Below are positions 38,692 to 52,300 of a stretch of 64,000 bases of DNA, piece after piece. The number at the start of each line of letters is the position of its first letter. The first letter of the stretch is position 1. This DNA is from Antedon mediterranea (Eukaryota; Animalia; Echinodermata). The DNA is taken from the NCBI RefSeq assembly GCF_964355755.1, contig NC_092673.1, forward strand, positions 18,783,648 to 18,847,647, read 5' to 3'. A model generated the notes under the pieces. The model did no database searches. It was not told the DNA's origin and was given only the letters and a program-made list of their open reading frames with translations. The translations under genes and the position numbers were made by a program.

Positions 38692-41181
38692 TTACTTTAT
38701 GATCCATTTATTAATAGACTAAAATGCACTGCTTCCTCAGGGCTGTTAGTCAGGGTATTTGTGTGGGGTATTGTACTACCTTACTTTATGATCCATTTAT
38801 TGATAGACTAAAATGCACTGCTTCCCCAGGGCTGTTAGTCAGGGTATTTGTGTGTGGGGTATTGTACTACCTTACTTTATGATCCATTTATTAATAGACT
38901 AAAATGCACTGCTTCCCCAGGGCTGTTAGTCAGGGTATTTGTGTGGGGTATTGTACTACCTTACTTTATGATCCATTTATTAATAGACTAAAATGCACTG
39001 CTTCCCCAGGGCTGTTAGTCAGGGTATTTGTGTGGGGTATTGTACTACCTTACCTTATGATCCATTTATTAATAGACTAAAATGCACTGCTTCCCCAGGG
39101 CTGTTAGTCAGGGTATTTGTGTGGGGTATTGTACTACCTTACTTTATGATCCATTTATTAATAGACTAAAATGCACTGCTTCCCCAGGGCTGTTAGTCAG
39201 GGTATTTGTGTGGGGTATTGTACTACCTTACTTTATGATCCATTTATTAATAGACTAAAATACACTGCTTCCCCAGGGCTGTTAGTCAGGGTATTTGTGT
39301 GGGGTACTGTACTACCTTACTTTATGATCCATTTATTAATAGACTAAAATGCACTGCTTCCCCAGGGCTGTTAGTCAGGGTATTTGTGTGTGGGGTATTG
39401 TACTACCTTACTTTATGATCCATTTATTAATAGACTAAAATGCACTGCTTCCCCAGGGCTGTTAGTCAGGGTATTTGTGTGGGGTATTGTACTACCTTAC
39501 TTTATGATCCATTTATTAATAGACTAAAATGCACTGCTTCCCCAGGGCTGTTAGTCAGGGTATTTGTGTGGGGTATTGTACTACCTTACTTTATGATCCA
39601 TTTATTAATAGACTAAAATGCACTACTTCCCCAGGGCTGTTAGTCAGGGTATTTGTGTGGGGTATTGTACTACCTTACTTTATGATCCATTTATTAATAG
39701 ACTAAAATGCACTGCTTCCCCAGGGCTGTTAGTCAGGGTATTTGTGTGGGGTATTGTACTACCTTACTTTATGATCCATTTATTAATAGACTAAAATGCA
39801 CTGCTTCCTCAGGGCTGTTAGTCAGGGTATTTGTGTGGGGTATTGTACTACCTAACTTTATGATCCATTTATTATAGACTAAAATACACTGCTTCCCCAG
39901 GGCTGTTAGTCAGGGTATTTGTGTGGGGTATTGTACTACCTTACTTTATGATCCATTTATTAATAGACTAAAATGCACTGCTTCCCCAGGGCTGTTAGTC
40001 AGGGTATTTGTGTGGGGTATTGTACTACCTTACTTTATGATCCATTTATTAATAGACTAAAATGCACTACTTCCCCAGGGCTGTTAGTCAGGGTATTTGT
40101 GTGGGGTATTGTACTACCTTACTTTATGATCCATTTATTAATAGACTAAAATGCACTGCTTCCCCAGGGCTGTTAGTCAGGGTATTTGTGTGGGGTATTG
40201 TACTACCTTACTTTATGATCCATTTATTAATAGACTAAAATGCACTGCTTCCTCAGGGCTGTTAGTCAGGGTATTTGTGTGGGGTATTGTACTACCTAAC
40301 TTTATGATCCATTTATTATAGACTAAAATACACTGCTTCCCCAGGGCTGTTAGTCAGGGTATTTGTGTGGGGTATTGTACTACCTTACTTTATGATCCAT
40401 TTATTAATAGACTAAAATGCACTGCTTCCCCAGGGCTGTTAGTCATGGTATTTGTGTGGGGTATTGTACTACCTTACTTTATGATCCATTTATTAATAGA
40501 CTAAAATGCACTGCTTCCCCAGGGCTGTTAGTCAGGGTATTTGTGTGGGGTATTGTACTACCTTACTTTATGATCCATTTATTAATAGACTAAAATGCAC
40601 TGCTTCCCCAGGGCTGTTAGTCAGGGTATTTGTGTGGGGTATTGTACTACCTTACTTTATGATCCATTTATGAATAGACTAAAATGCACTGCTTCCCCAG
40701 GGCTGTTTAATAGTCAGGGTATTTGTGTGGGGTATTGTACTACCTTACTTTATGGTCCAATTATTAATGAAATGCACTTCTTCCCTAGGGCTGTTAGTCA
40801 GGGTATTTGTGTGGGATATTGTACTACCTTACTTTATGATCCATTTATTAATAGACTAAAATGCACTGCTTCCCCAGGGCTGTTAGTCAGGGTATTTGTG
40901 TGGGTATTGTACTACCTTACTTTATGATCCATTTATTAATAGACTAAAAAATGCACTGCTTCCCCAGGGCTGTTAGACAGGGTATTTGTGTGGGGTATTG
41001 TACTACCTTACTTTATGATCCATTTATTAATAGACTAAAATGCACTGCTTCCCCAGGGCTGTTAGTCAGGGTATTTGTGTGGGGTATTGTACTACCTTAC
41101 TTTATGATCCATTTATTAATAGACTAAAATGCACTGCTTCCCCAGGGCTGTTAGTCAGGGTATTTGTGTGGGGTATTGTAC
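38692..41181. repeat. Satellite 2, array B (~28 copies)
   Basis: Seen: same 89-bp monomer, same start and end phase as array A. Confidence 0.98.
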
Positions 41182-41207
41182 AGTAGTAGAACAAAGACAA
41201 CACATAT

Positions 41208-43222
41208 GGGCAATTCCACGGTAACGGAATTACAATTCACAATGATTTTCGGCCTTTTTTAACCAACCCACTAGATCTGGGTAAGCTTTGAATAATAAAT
41301 TTGATATGTGTGTGTAGTACACATACTTATCAATCTAAAACAGTCTACTTAAAAAAAAATAAATTACAAAGTCTTTGATATTCTGCTAACTTTTATTTTG
41401 GTAACGGAATTACACAGAAAATTGATAATTCAATTTTTAACTTGAAACTTGTGATTCCGTCTGAATACCATAAACAACTGAAGATTATGATTGGTATTAG
41501 ATTGTAGACATAAGATGTGGCTAATTTATTAATACACATTTACATTGGATATTTTCATAGTTTATCTGCATTTGGTTAGTTTTGTCTGGTGACAGAATTA
41601 CATGACATGGTAACGGAATTACGCGTCTGATTATTGATTCGAATATAACATCAAATAATAATTTTTTCTATGTTTTTTAGTGTTCTCATGGAACTTTAAC
41701 AATAATTGATGCCCATTTAAACCAGATTTTATAAAAATCATCACATGAATTGGTTGGATCTACCTACAGTACTATAATAATAAAAAAATGCGCCTATCTG
41801 TGGTTCACAGAGCTTAGTCAATATACCGTATGCATTATCTGTCCACTGTATTTATTTACGTTAAGTCATCTACATTATAACTAGAAACAAAATGTTCTGA
41901 ATTTAAAAATTTTAACAAATTGAATTGTGAAGCTTAATTTTCATTCTCATATTCAAGAGCCTGGCCAGAATTTCTCTAATATTATTCTTGCCGAAGTGCC
42001 TAAAACTACCCACTTTAAGCTTAGATCGTCATTGTTAATGTTATCGCTATTGAAGCTTAACTAGCTGTTGTACTGTACTACAGCCATCATCAAACTAACC
42101 ATTATTAATAAGTTTATTCACTACTGTCATCAGCTTTATGACTATTAACCTTCATCAACCTATTTTTATTCAGATGGATCCTTAAAAGTTGTGCCCGTAT
42201 AGGGAATGAATTTGAATGATTTTAGCATGATCAGAAATATAGTATCTACCGTATATTGTACTATGACTCTATATACTATGGATTTGTTTTGGAATTGGAT
42301 TCATTATTTATTAATTAATTGTTGATTAGCTTCATTTAGAAACAATTTATACAGTACTACTACTAAGACATATGTAGTGAATTAAGGTACAGTATATTAC
42401 TGGTTACTGATAATGATATTGGTTTGAGCATACCTAGTATTAGAAATAATATAAAGTAATTTAAGTTTTTATAAGCATTGGTTAGCTCATAGAAAGTATG
42501 TTTTATAAACGTTTTAAGTGATTTTGTGTAAAAAATATTAAATTTCTACTATAAGTGACTCCATGGAACTGTTTTGGCCACTAGGAATTGGATTTATTAT
42601 AAATAATCAATTAATTGTTGATTCCCTTCACTTAAAACCAATTTTATATGATTCAGAGACATTTATAGTAAATTAAGATACATTATTTTATACCTATACC
42701 CCCATGTAATTCCGTTACCAAGTTTTCTACAAAATTAAAGAAGACCAAACAAAATGTGTAATTGATATAGGTACAGTAAATGGGCATACCTAATTTTATA
42801 AGCATTGGTTAGCTCACAGGAAAACTTTAATTAATTTTTTGGTAACGGAATTACAAACCAATTTACTAGAAAATGAATGATTTCTTATAGAAAGTGGGAG
42901 ATGCGACATGAAATTTTATATTAATATTAGTGTTTTAGAGACCATGAACTCAAATAAGTAGAATAATTAAAGTCAACAAGGGTTTAAGTTAAGTACAGTA
43001 CATAGTTTAGGATTGTCTAATTCCAGCTATTTTTTCAGTTTCAAATTTCAAATTACACATTCGACAAGGCAAGCAATTTTTTTAAGAAATGTGAATTAAT
43101 AAAACAAAAATTTTAGTTGGAACTAAATTCCACACATATTAGTAAACAAAAAATAACACTTAAGTGTAGGTTCATGTAGATTTAAAAATTGATGATTTTG
43201 GTCTTCCAATGGAGAATTGCCC
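41208..43222. mobile_element. Sola2-like non-autonomous DNA transposon (~2.0 kb)
   Basis: Seen: ATAT|GGGCAATTCCA ... TGGAGAATTGCCC|ATAT. Internal GGTAACGGAATTAC motif at ~41219, 41400, 41609, 42841 and inverted at ~42706. GRG termini plus 4-bp TSD fit Sola2. Confidence 0.7.
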
Positions 43223-43334
43223 ATATATTTTTTTGGTTTAATATTTAGTTCTGTAGTTATAATGCTTTACAGTATATTTCACATGACAGAAGATTGTGAA
43301 AATCTGTTGAATCAGTAAGTTTGTCTAATACAGT

Positions 43335-46300
43335 ACCAGCATAACATATTGTCACACTCATTTTGGCAGAAATACACCAGGAGTAGATCCAGGATTTAGA
43401 GGGGAGTGCTAATAGTAATAATAGACTGGGGAAAGAACCCTAGGCCCTGTGGTTATATTACCTGCATAACATATTGTCACACTCATTTTGGCAGAAATAC
43501 ACCAGGAGTAGATCCAGGATTTAGAGGGGAGTGCTATAATAGTAATAATAGACTGGGGAAAGAACCCTAGGCCCTGTGGTTATATTACCAGCATAACATA
43601 TTGTCACACTCATTTTGGCAGAAATACACCAGGAGTAGATCCAGGTATTAGAGGGGAGTGCTAATAGTAATAATAGACTGGGGAAAGAACCCTAGGTCCT
43701 GTGGTTATATTACCTGCATAACATATTGTCACACTCATTTTGGCAGAAATACACCAGGAGTAGATCCAGGATTTAGAGGGGAGTGCTAATAGTAATAATA
43801 GACTGGGGAAAGAACCCTTGGCCCTGTGGTTATTACCAGCATAACATATTGTCACACTCATTTTGGCAGAAATACACCAGGAGTAGATCCAGGATTTAGA
43901 GGGGAGGGCTAATAGTAATAATAGACTGGGGAAAGAACCCTAGGCCCTGTGGTTATATTACCAGCATAACATAATGTCACACTCATGTTGGCAGAAATTC
44001 ACCAGGAGTAGATCCAGGATTTAGAGGGGAGTGCTAATAGTAATAATAGACTGGGGAAAGAACCCTAGGCCCTGTGGTTATATTACCAGCATAACATAAT
44101 GTCACACTCATTTTGGCAGAAATACACCAGGAGTAGATCCAGGATTTAGAGGGGAGTGCTAATAGTAATAATAGACTGGGGAAAGAACCCTAGGTCCTGT
44201 GGTTATATTACCAGCATAACATATTGTCACACTCATTTTGGCAGAAATACACCAGGAGTAGATCCAGGATTTAGAGGGGAGTGCTAATAGTAATAATAGA
44301 CTGGGGAAAGAACCCTAGGCCCTGTGGTTATATTACCAGCATAACATAATGTCACACTCATTTTGGCAGAAATACACCAGGAGTAGATCCAGGATTTAGA
44401 GGGGAGTGCTAATAGTAATAATAGACTGGGGAAAGAACCCTAGGTCCTGTGGTTATATTACCAGCATAACATATTGTCACACTCATTTTGGCAGAAATAC
44501 ACCAGGAGTAGATCCAGGATTTAGAGGGGAGGGCTAATAGTAATAATAGACTGGGGAAAGAACCCTAGGTCCTGTGGTTATATTACCTGCATAACATAAT
44601 GTCACACTCATTTTGGCAGAAATACACCAGGAGTAGATCCAGGATTTAGAGGGGAGGGCTAATAGTAATAATAGACTGGGGAAAGAACCCTAGGTCCTGT
44701 GGTTATATTACCTGCATAACATAATGTCACACTCATTTTGGCAGAAATACACCAGGAGTAGATCCAGGATTTAGAGGGGAGTGCTATAATAGTAATAATA
44801 GACTGGGGAAAGAACCCTAGGTCCTGTGGTTATATTACCAGCATAACATATTGTCACACTCATTTTGGCAGAAATACACCAGGAGTAGATCCAGGATTTA
44901 GAGGGGAGTGCTAATAGTAATAATAGACTGGGGAAAGAACCCTAGGTCCTGTGGTTATATTACCTGCATAACATAATGTCACACTCATTTTGGCAGAAAT
45001 ACACCAGGAGTAGATCCAGGATTTAGAGGGGAGTGCTAATAGTAATAATAGACTGGGGAAAGAACCCTAGGTCCTGTGGTTATATTACCTGCATAACATA
45101 ATGTCACACTCATTTTGGCAGAAATACACCAGGAGTAGATCCAGGATTTAGAGGGGAGTGCTATAATAGTAATAATAGACTGGGGAAAGAACCCTAGGTC
45201 CTGTGGTTATATTACCAGCATAACATATTGTCACACTCATTTTGGCAGAAATACACCATGAGTAGATCCAGGATTTAGAGGGGAGTGCTAATAGTAATAA
45301 TAGACTGGGGAAAGAACCCTAGGTCCTGTGGTTATATTACCTGCATAACATAATGTCACACTCATTTTGGCAGAAATACACCAGGAGTAGATCCAGGATT
45401 TAGAGGGGAGTGCTAATAGTAATAATAGACTGGGGAAAGAACCCTAGGTCCTGTGGTTATATTACCTGCATAACATATTGTCACACTCATTTTGGCAGAA
45501 ATACACCAGGAGTAGATCCAGGATTTAGAGGGGAGTGCTAATAGTAATAATAGACTGGGGAAAGAACCCTAGGTCCTGTGGTTATATTACCAGCATAACA
45601 TATTGTCACACTCATTTTGGCAGAAATACACCAGGAGTAGATCCAGGATTTAGAGGGGAGTGCTAATAGTAATAATAGACTGGGGAAAGAACCCTAGGTC
45701 CTGTGGTTATATTACCTGCATAACATAATGTCACACTCATTTTGGCAGAAATACACCAGGAGTAGATCCAGGATTTAGAGGGGAGTGCTAATATAATAGT
45801 AATAATAGACTGGGGAAAGAACCCTAGGTCCTGTGGTTATATTACCTGCATAACATATTGTCACACTCATTTTGGCAGAAATACACCAGGAGTAGATCCA
45901 GGATTTAGAGGGGAGTGCTAATAGTAATAATAGACTGGGGAAAGAACCCTAGGCCCTGTGGTTATATTACCAGCATAACATAATGTCACACTCATTTTGG
46001 CAGAAATACACCAGGAGTAGATCCAGGATTTAGAGGGGAGTGCTAATAGTAATAATAGACTGGGGAAAGAACCCTAGGCCCTGTGGGTATATTACCAGCA
46101 TAACATATTGTCACACTCATTTTGGCAGAAATACACCAGGAGTAGATCCAGGATTTAGAGGGGAGTGCTAATAGTAATAATAGACTGGGGAAAGAACCCT
46201 AGGCCCTGTGGTTATATTACCAGCATAACATATTGTCACACTCATTTTGGCAGAAATACACCAGGAGTAGATCCAGGATTTAGAGGGGAGTGCTATAATA

Positions 46301-47786
46301 GTAATAATAGACTGGGGAAAGAACCCTAGGCCCTGTGGTTATATTACCAGCATAACATATTGTCACACTCATTTTGGCAGAAATACACCAGGAGTAGATC
46401 CAGGTATTAGAGGGGAGTGCTAATAGTAATAATAGACTGGGGAAAGAACCCTAGGTCCTGTGGTTATATTACCTGCATAACATATTGTCACACTTATTTT
46501 GGCAGAAATACACCAGGAGTAGATCCAGGATTTAGAGGGGAGTGCTAATAGTAATAATAGACTGGGGAAAGAACCCTAGGCCCTGTGGTTATATTACCAG
46601 CATAACATATTGTCACACTCATTTTGGCAGAAATACACCAGGAGTAGATCCAGGATTTAGAGGGGAGTGCTATAATAGTAATAATAGACTGGGGAAAGAA
46701 CCCTAGGCCCTGTGGTTATATTACCAGCATAACATATTGTCACACTCATTTTGGCAGAAATACACCAGGAGTAGATCCAGGTATTAGAGGGGAGTGCTAT
46801 AATAGTAATAATAGACTGGGGAAAGAACCCTAGGTCCTGTGGTTATATTACCAGCATAACATAATGTCACACTCATTTTGGCAGAAATACACCAGGAGTA
46901 GATCCAGGATTTAGAGGGGAGTGCTAATAGTAATAATAGACTGGGGAAAGAACCCTAGGCCCTGTGGTTATATTACCTGCATAACATATTGTCACACTCA
47001 TTTTGGCAGAAATACACCAGGAGTAGATCCAGGATTTAGAGGGGAGTGCTAATAGTAATAGTAATAATAGACTGGGGAAAGAACCCTAGGTCCTGTGGTT
47101 ATATTACCAGCATAACATAATGTCACACTCATTTTGGCAGAAATACACCAGGAGTAGATTCAGGATTTAGAGGGGAGTGCTAATAGTAATAATAGACTGG
47201 GGAAAGAACCCTAGGTCCTGTGGTTATATTACCAGCATAACATATTGTCACACTCATTTTGGCAGAAATACACCAGGAGTAGATCCAGGATTTAGAGGGG
47301 AGTGCTATAATAGTAATAATAGACTGGGGAAAGAACCCTAGGTCCTGTGGTTATATTACCAGCATAACATAATGTCACACTCATTTTGGCAGAAATACAC
47401 CAGGAGTAGATCCAGGATTTAGAGGGGAGTGCTAATAGTAATAATAGACTGGGGAAAGAACCCTAGGTCCTGTGGTTATATTACCTGCATAACATATTGT
47501 CACACTCATTTTTGCAGAAATACACCAGGAGTAGATCCAGGATTTAGAGGGGAGTGCTAATAGTAATAATAGACTGGGGAAAGAACCCTAGGCCCTGTGG
47601 TTATATTACCGGCATAACATAATGTCACACTCATTTTGGCAGAAATACACCAGGAGTAGATCCAGGATTTAGAGGGGAGTGCTAATAGTAATAATAGACT
47701 GGGGAAAGAACCCTAGGCCCTGTGGTTATATTACCTGCATAACATATTGTCACACTCATTTTGGCAGAAATACACCAGGAGTAGAT
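43335..47786. repeat. Satellite 3, 125-bp monomer, ~35 copies
   Basis: Seen: ACCAGCATAACATATTGTCACACTCATTTTGGCAGAAATACACCAGGAGTAGATCCAGGATTTAGAGGGGAGTGCTAATAGTAATAATAGACTGGGGAAAGAACCCTAGGCCCTGTGGTTATATT tandem. Confidence 0.98.
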
Positions 47787-48448
47787 GACAATAAACACCT
47801 TGTTTGTAGTTAAGTAGTGTTCGTTGATGTAGATCTGTGCAGTCGGACCGACGGACCAGTAGATGGAGGACCGTTTCCAGAGATACGCAATCCTGCAGAG
47901 TAACTTTATGGTTACCAACAATTCTGTTGTTCAATAGTATTGTGAGTTTTATATTATTTTAAAAAAAATATTTCATAATAGGCGTACAGTAATTTGAGTT
48001 ATAAAATGGTCATTTGTTATGAGAATTACACCAGTAGCCAGCTAGTAACAATGTAAAACTTTGGTTTAGTGGTTTATTTCCAAATGGGGAAGGTCAGATT
48101 TTGTCGGTGGAAAAGTTTTTCATATTTTAAGTAAAGTCTAGTAATTTCAATTTCAGTACTACATATGCTAGCTACTAAGTGTATCCTTACCATTTGATTG
48201 GCTGTATTTCATATAATATGTTCATGTATTATTTTATCCAATTCCAATGACTATTGCATAATCAACTTTTTTTAACATTTGATAATTTTGGGTGGTACGT
48301 GTGCTAGACTCGTAAATGTTTTTTTTTTAAATCCTATTTAACTAGGCTCTGCCTCATTGAATAGAACAGTATAACAGTCAAATATTCCCCCCATTTAACT
48401 TATAAATGTCATTCCTTATAGAATCAAAATGAAAACAAACAAGTACAT

Positions 48449-48547
48449 TTAAAATGCAACTGTTGGCAAAACATGCTGTAAATTAATAGATGACAGGGGC
48501 GGATGCAGGGGTGTAATTTACAGCACATGCCAACAGTTGCATTTTAA
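48449..48547. repeat. ~100-bp inverted repeat with a CAGGGGCGGATGCAG motif in the loop
   Basis: Seen: TTAAAATGCAACTGTTGGCA / TGCCAACAGTTGCATTTTAA and TGCTGTAAATTA / TAATTTACAGCA. Confidence 0.8.
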
Positions 48548-50258
48548 CACTTTGACTGCCAGAGGTTTTTGCAGTTAGAAACTGCCACCGCCAGCGTTTT
48601 TAGCCCAATTCGATTTTTTTATTAAAGCTGATTGAAACCATGTATGTGATCTGATTGATATGTAATTTAGACTAAAATAATCATAAAGATTTTAGCTTTA
48701 CAATGGTACCAAGAACGATTTTTAAATCGCAATATGTAAATCATAATAGTAAAATGAAAGTAACCCACTTTTTGAGTTTTTCGTAGTTTCGCGCAAGAAA
48801 GTCGAGATATTCGCGATTTTGTGCAAGACATCACAATATGAAAATATCGCCCAGTGAAATCAACAAACAACAAAAAAGTTACTTACACGGCACCGATAGG
48901 CCTATAAAAACAAGTTATCACTATCGAAAAATGTATTACATTTTATAAATCATAAATCTTACATCAATGTTTCGCCAAAATCCACATAGTAAAGACACCA
49001 GGCCTAGTTAACCAGGCCTAAAGATGGTCCGGAACCGTTTTACAACTAGGCCTAGGCTAGCCTAGTACTACTAGCCTAGATAGTAAACTGATGATAATAT
49101 CCATACCATTTCAAAACAAGTTTGTTGCGTGAAACTCAGTCACTTTCAGTAAAACACCAAAAAAATTAGGGTATACATAAAATAATAAAATTAAAGACTT
49201 CATATTGAAAATGACTCCATTATTTTTGATTCAGATAACAAACAAACATGTAATCCACAAAAACCTTTGTAATGATTCGGCGGCATTAGCGCGCGACCGA
49301 TACACAATGCACCAAGCCATCGCTCTACGCGCTACTGTAATGCGCGGTGTTTGTTATTTCGACAGGTACCATTTTGACAGTCGTTCGTAACCAGATTAGT
49401 TACTTTCAAATTGTAAAATATTGACGGTCCAGACCGAATTAGTCCAGTAAAGATAAGTCAAAAATAGGGTGAACCTAGAACAAATTGCAACAGAATTTTT
49501 TTTTGTTTTGTCTGGTAAATATGGTTCAAATGAATATCATATCCAAAGTTTACCAAAATCGGACATCGGGAAGTGGGTTAATTAGCATAAATTCAAAATG
49601 GCCACCATTTGCTATTTTGAAGCCTCATATCTCTCTAACGGTTGGATTTAGACCACCTAAGTGCATTACGAGTAGATATAAATGTGATATTAAACATTCT
49701 AATTAGCATATTTAAATTTCCATATGACGTACTTATGACGTCATATGGTAGTTGTGACGTCATATATTATGTTATAACTGTTTAAATGACATTATACTAT
49801 TCGAACAATTTAGGGACTGCAAGAAAACATGTTTCTTGACATTCTCCTTGTTAAAATGAACATTATTTCCAAAGTTTACCAAAATCGGACGTCAGGAAGT
49901 GGGTTAATTAGCATACATTCAAAATGGCCGCTATTTATCATACCATTTTGAAGCTCCATATCTCCTTAACGCTTGGTTTTAGACCACCTAAGTGCATTGA
50001 GAGTAGATATAAATGTGATATTAAACTTTATAATTAGCATATTTAAATTGCCATATAACGTACCTATGATGTCATAAGACATATGACATCATGTATTTTG
50101 TCACAATAATGCTCAATTGGCATTAAGGGGAAAATATAGAAACCGAAAGGAAAAAATGTTTTTAATCTCATGAAAATAGTAGAACATTTACCACATCCAG
50201 GTTAAGATCATGGGTATCAGAAGTTATTCGGCCACCCTTCACAACATGCAATAGAACA

Positions 50259-50564
50259 TTTTATATAACACCTATATAAATTCCTGTCATTTGATTGGAC
50301 GAATGTGGGTCACATGGCGTGCAATAGTACGCACTATTCAACGATCGTTAAATAGTACTTTTTGAAACATTTTTGTTTGTTATTTAGATGTTATATAAAA
50401 CAAATAATGAATGTTTTGTATTCGTGTAATGGTACAAATAATGGCACTTGGTGAATGATGAAAGGTTATATCAACTCGGCTTTGCCTCGTTGATATAACC
50501 TTTCATCATTCACCTCGTGCCATTATTTGTACCAGTGCACTCATAAACATTCATTATTTGTATA
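50259..50564. mobile_element. Double-hairpin non-autonomous element (Crypton-like, inferred)
   Basis: Seen: TTTTATATAACA / TGTTATATAAAA inverted pair, then a ~75-bp-arm hairpin 50400-50561 with loop TCGGCTTTGCCTC. Family assignment is from recalled architecture only. Confidence 0.6.
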
Positions 50565-50669
50565 CCAGTTAATTTTCTGCAACTGCAACTTTTTATAACT
50601 GCATATATATCTCATATATATTTAAAGAAATAGGATTCTTAATTAAGTAATGAGTCTGGGATTTAATAA

Positions 50670-50910
50670 TTCGACCCCATCCTAAATATGGAGTTGGATC
50701 ACAGTAAGTTTCCAATCCAAAGTACATACATAGAAAATGTAATGTTGGCGCCGTCAAAATACTTTCACCATACATGTAGGCACAGCAAGTCTACTTCATT
50801 GGCTTTTCTGATGTCTTTTTAAATTTTGGACCAAACAGTTCTTGCTTAGAATAGAATGCATCCCCCTGTTTCTTTGCAAGTGCAGAGCATTACAAAGATG
50901 TTGCAAATTT
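50670..50910 (-). pseudogene. Possible decayed Academ transposase C-terminal fragment
   Basis: Minus-strand peptides in different frames: LCNALHL, DAFYSK, RTVW, CAYMYG, DPTPYLGW. Their order resembles the AL..HAFTGCD..SAF..KGK..W / C.MYG / P.P..GW motifs of Academ transposases. Heavily frameshifted. Confidence 0.35.
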
Positions 50911-52300
50911 GCTCCTTAAGATGTTTTCTTTAAGTACCAATTATTCCACTATTTTTTGCTTCTTCTGTCTTAAAACGCAATCGCTTTTTTTAATTATGGC
51001 AAAGTAAGATATTTAATAGATCCCCATCTGCATTCAAAGTTTCTATTCCATTTTTCTGACATTTTTTGTCAAGGAAGTTGAATACTGTCTTGTCGAAAAA
51101 TTAAATACTGTAATTAGTAGTGGCAAGTTTGAAAATTACTGTATTACCTTAACAACCCCTTTTTGGATTCCGTTGATGTGTATCTTTTAACTGATGGTTC
51201 TTCATCCTAGTTAACACTAGGATGAACTGTCCTTGTTATAATGCTCATTGAATCTTGGAAACAGCATTCAAAAGATAAACATTATATAAAACATCATAAA
51301 AAGTTGTTGTCTCATAAATGATCGACACCAAACAGATGCAATGAAATAGCAAATTTGAAAGAGCAGAATGGAGATGCTGACTATACCGAAAACTACAGTG
51401 TGACATTTAACATTTTCATTTCAATTGAGATGAGTTTGTGGGAATGATGGGTTTGAATAGCCTGACCCACAATCAATCGCCTCATTACAATATTTTTTTT
51501 ATTCCTTTACCAATTTAAAGAGATAAAGTTCTAAAAGATGTAGTTTTAGAAAACACAAAACAAGATGTACGCTTGAGTACAAATCAGTTTCGGAAATACA
51601 GTTGATGATCACCTTTCATACGGTTCTGTAGAATATCTATTTTCATAAGATTTTGTAAATGGAAACTTAATGATAAATTTCAATGGTTTTTACATCTACT
51701 CGTAATGCACATAGGCTGTCTAAACCCAACCGCTAAGGAGATACAGGGCTTCAAAATGGTATTTTGAATTTATGCTAATTGACCCTCTTGAAGTCTGATT
51801 TTGGTGAACTTAGGATATCATGTTCATTTCAACAGGAAATTGTTAGAAAATTGTTTTCCTGCAGTTTCTACATTTTTTAGCATGGGATAATGCCATTTAA
51901 GCAGTTATAACATAATATATGACGTCACAACTACCTTATGACGTCATATTTACGTCATATGGTAATTTAAATGTGCTAATTGGGAAGTTTAATGTCACAT
52001 TTATATCTACTCGCAATGCACTTTGGTGGTCTAAAACCACCATTATGGAGATATAGGGCTTCAAAATGATATAGTAAATAGCAGCCATTTTTAATTTATG
52101 CTAATTAACACACTTCCTGACGTCCGATTTTGGTAAACTTTGGAAATTATGTTCATTTCAACAAGGAGAATGTTAGGAAACTTGTTTTTCTGCAGTTTCG
52201 AAATTGTTCGCATAGTATAATGTCATTTAAGCATTTATAACATAATTTATGACGTCACAACTACCATATGACGTCATAGGTACGTCCTATGGAAATTTAA

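Larger units (their letters stand above)
25081..41181. repeat. Tandem segmental duplication: copy A ~25081-37411, copy B ~37451-41181
   Basis: Seen: 25081-25345 matches 37451-37715 and 28857-29445 matches 38099-38691 with few differences. Each copy continues into an 89-bp satellite array. Confidence 0.9.

Noticed and set aside
29478-40927. Cys-rich ORFs MHCFPRAVSQGICVGYC...
   Set aside because: Arise only where indels shift the frame in the 89-bp satellite.
157-47786. CRISPR array interpretation of the tandem repeats
   Set aside because: No unique spacers, no cas genes, eukaryotic context.
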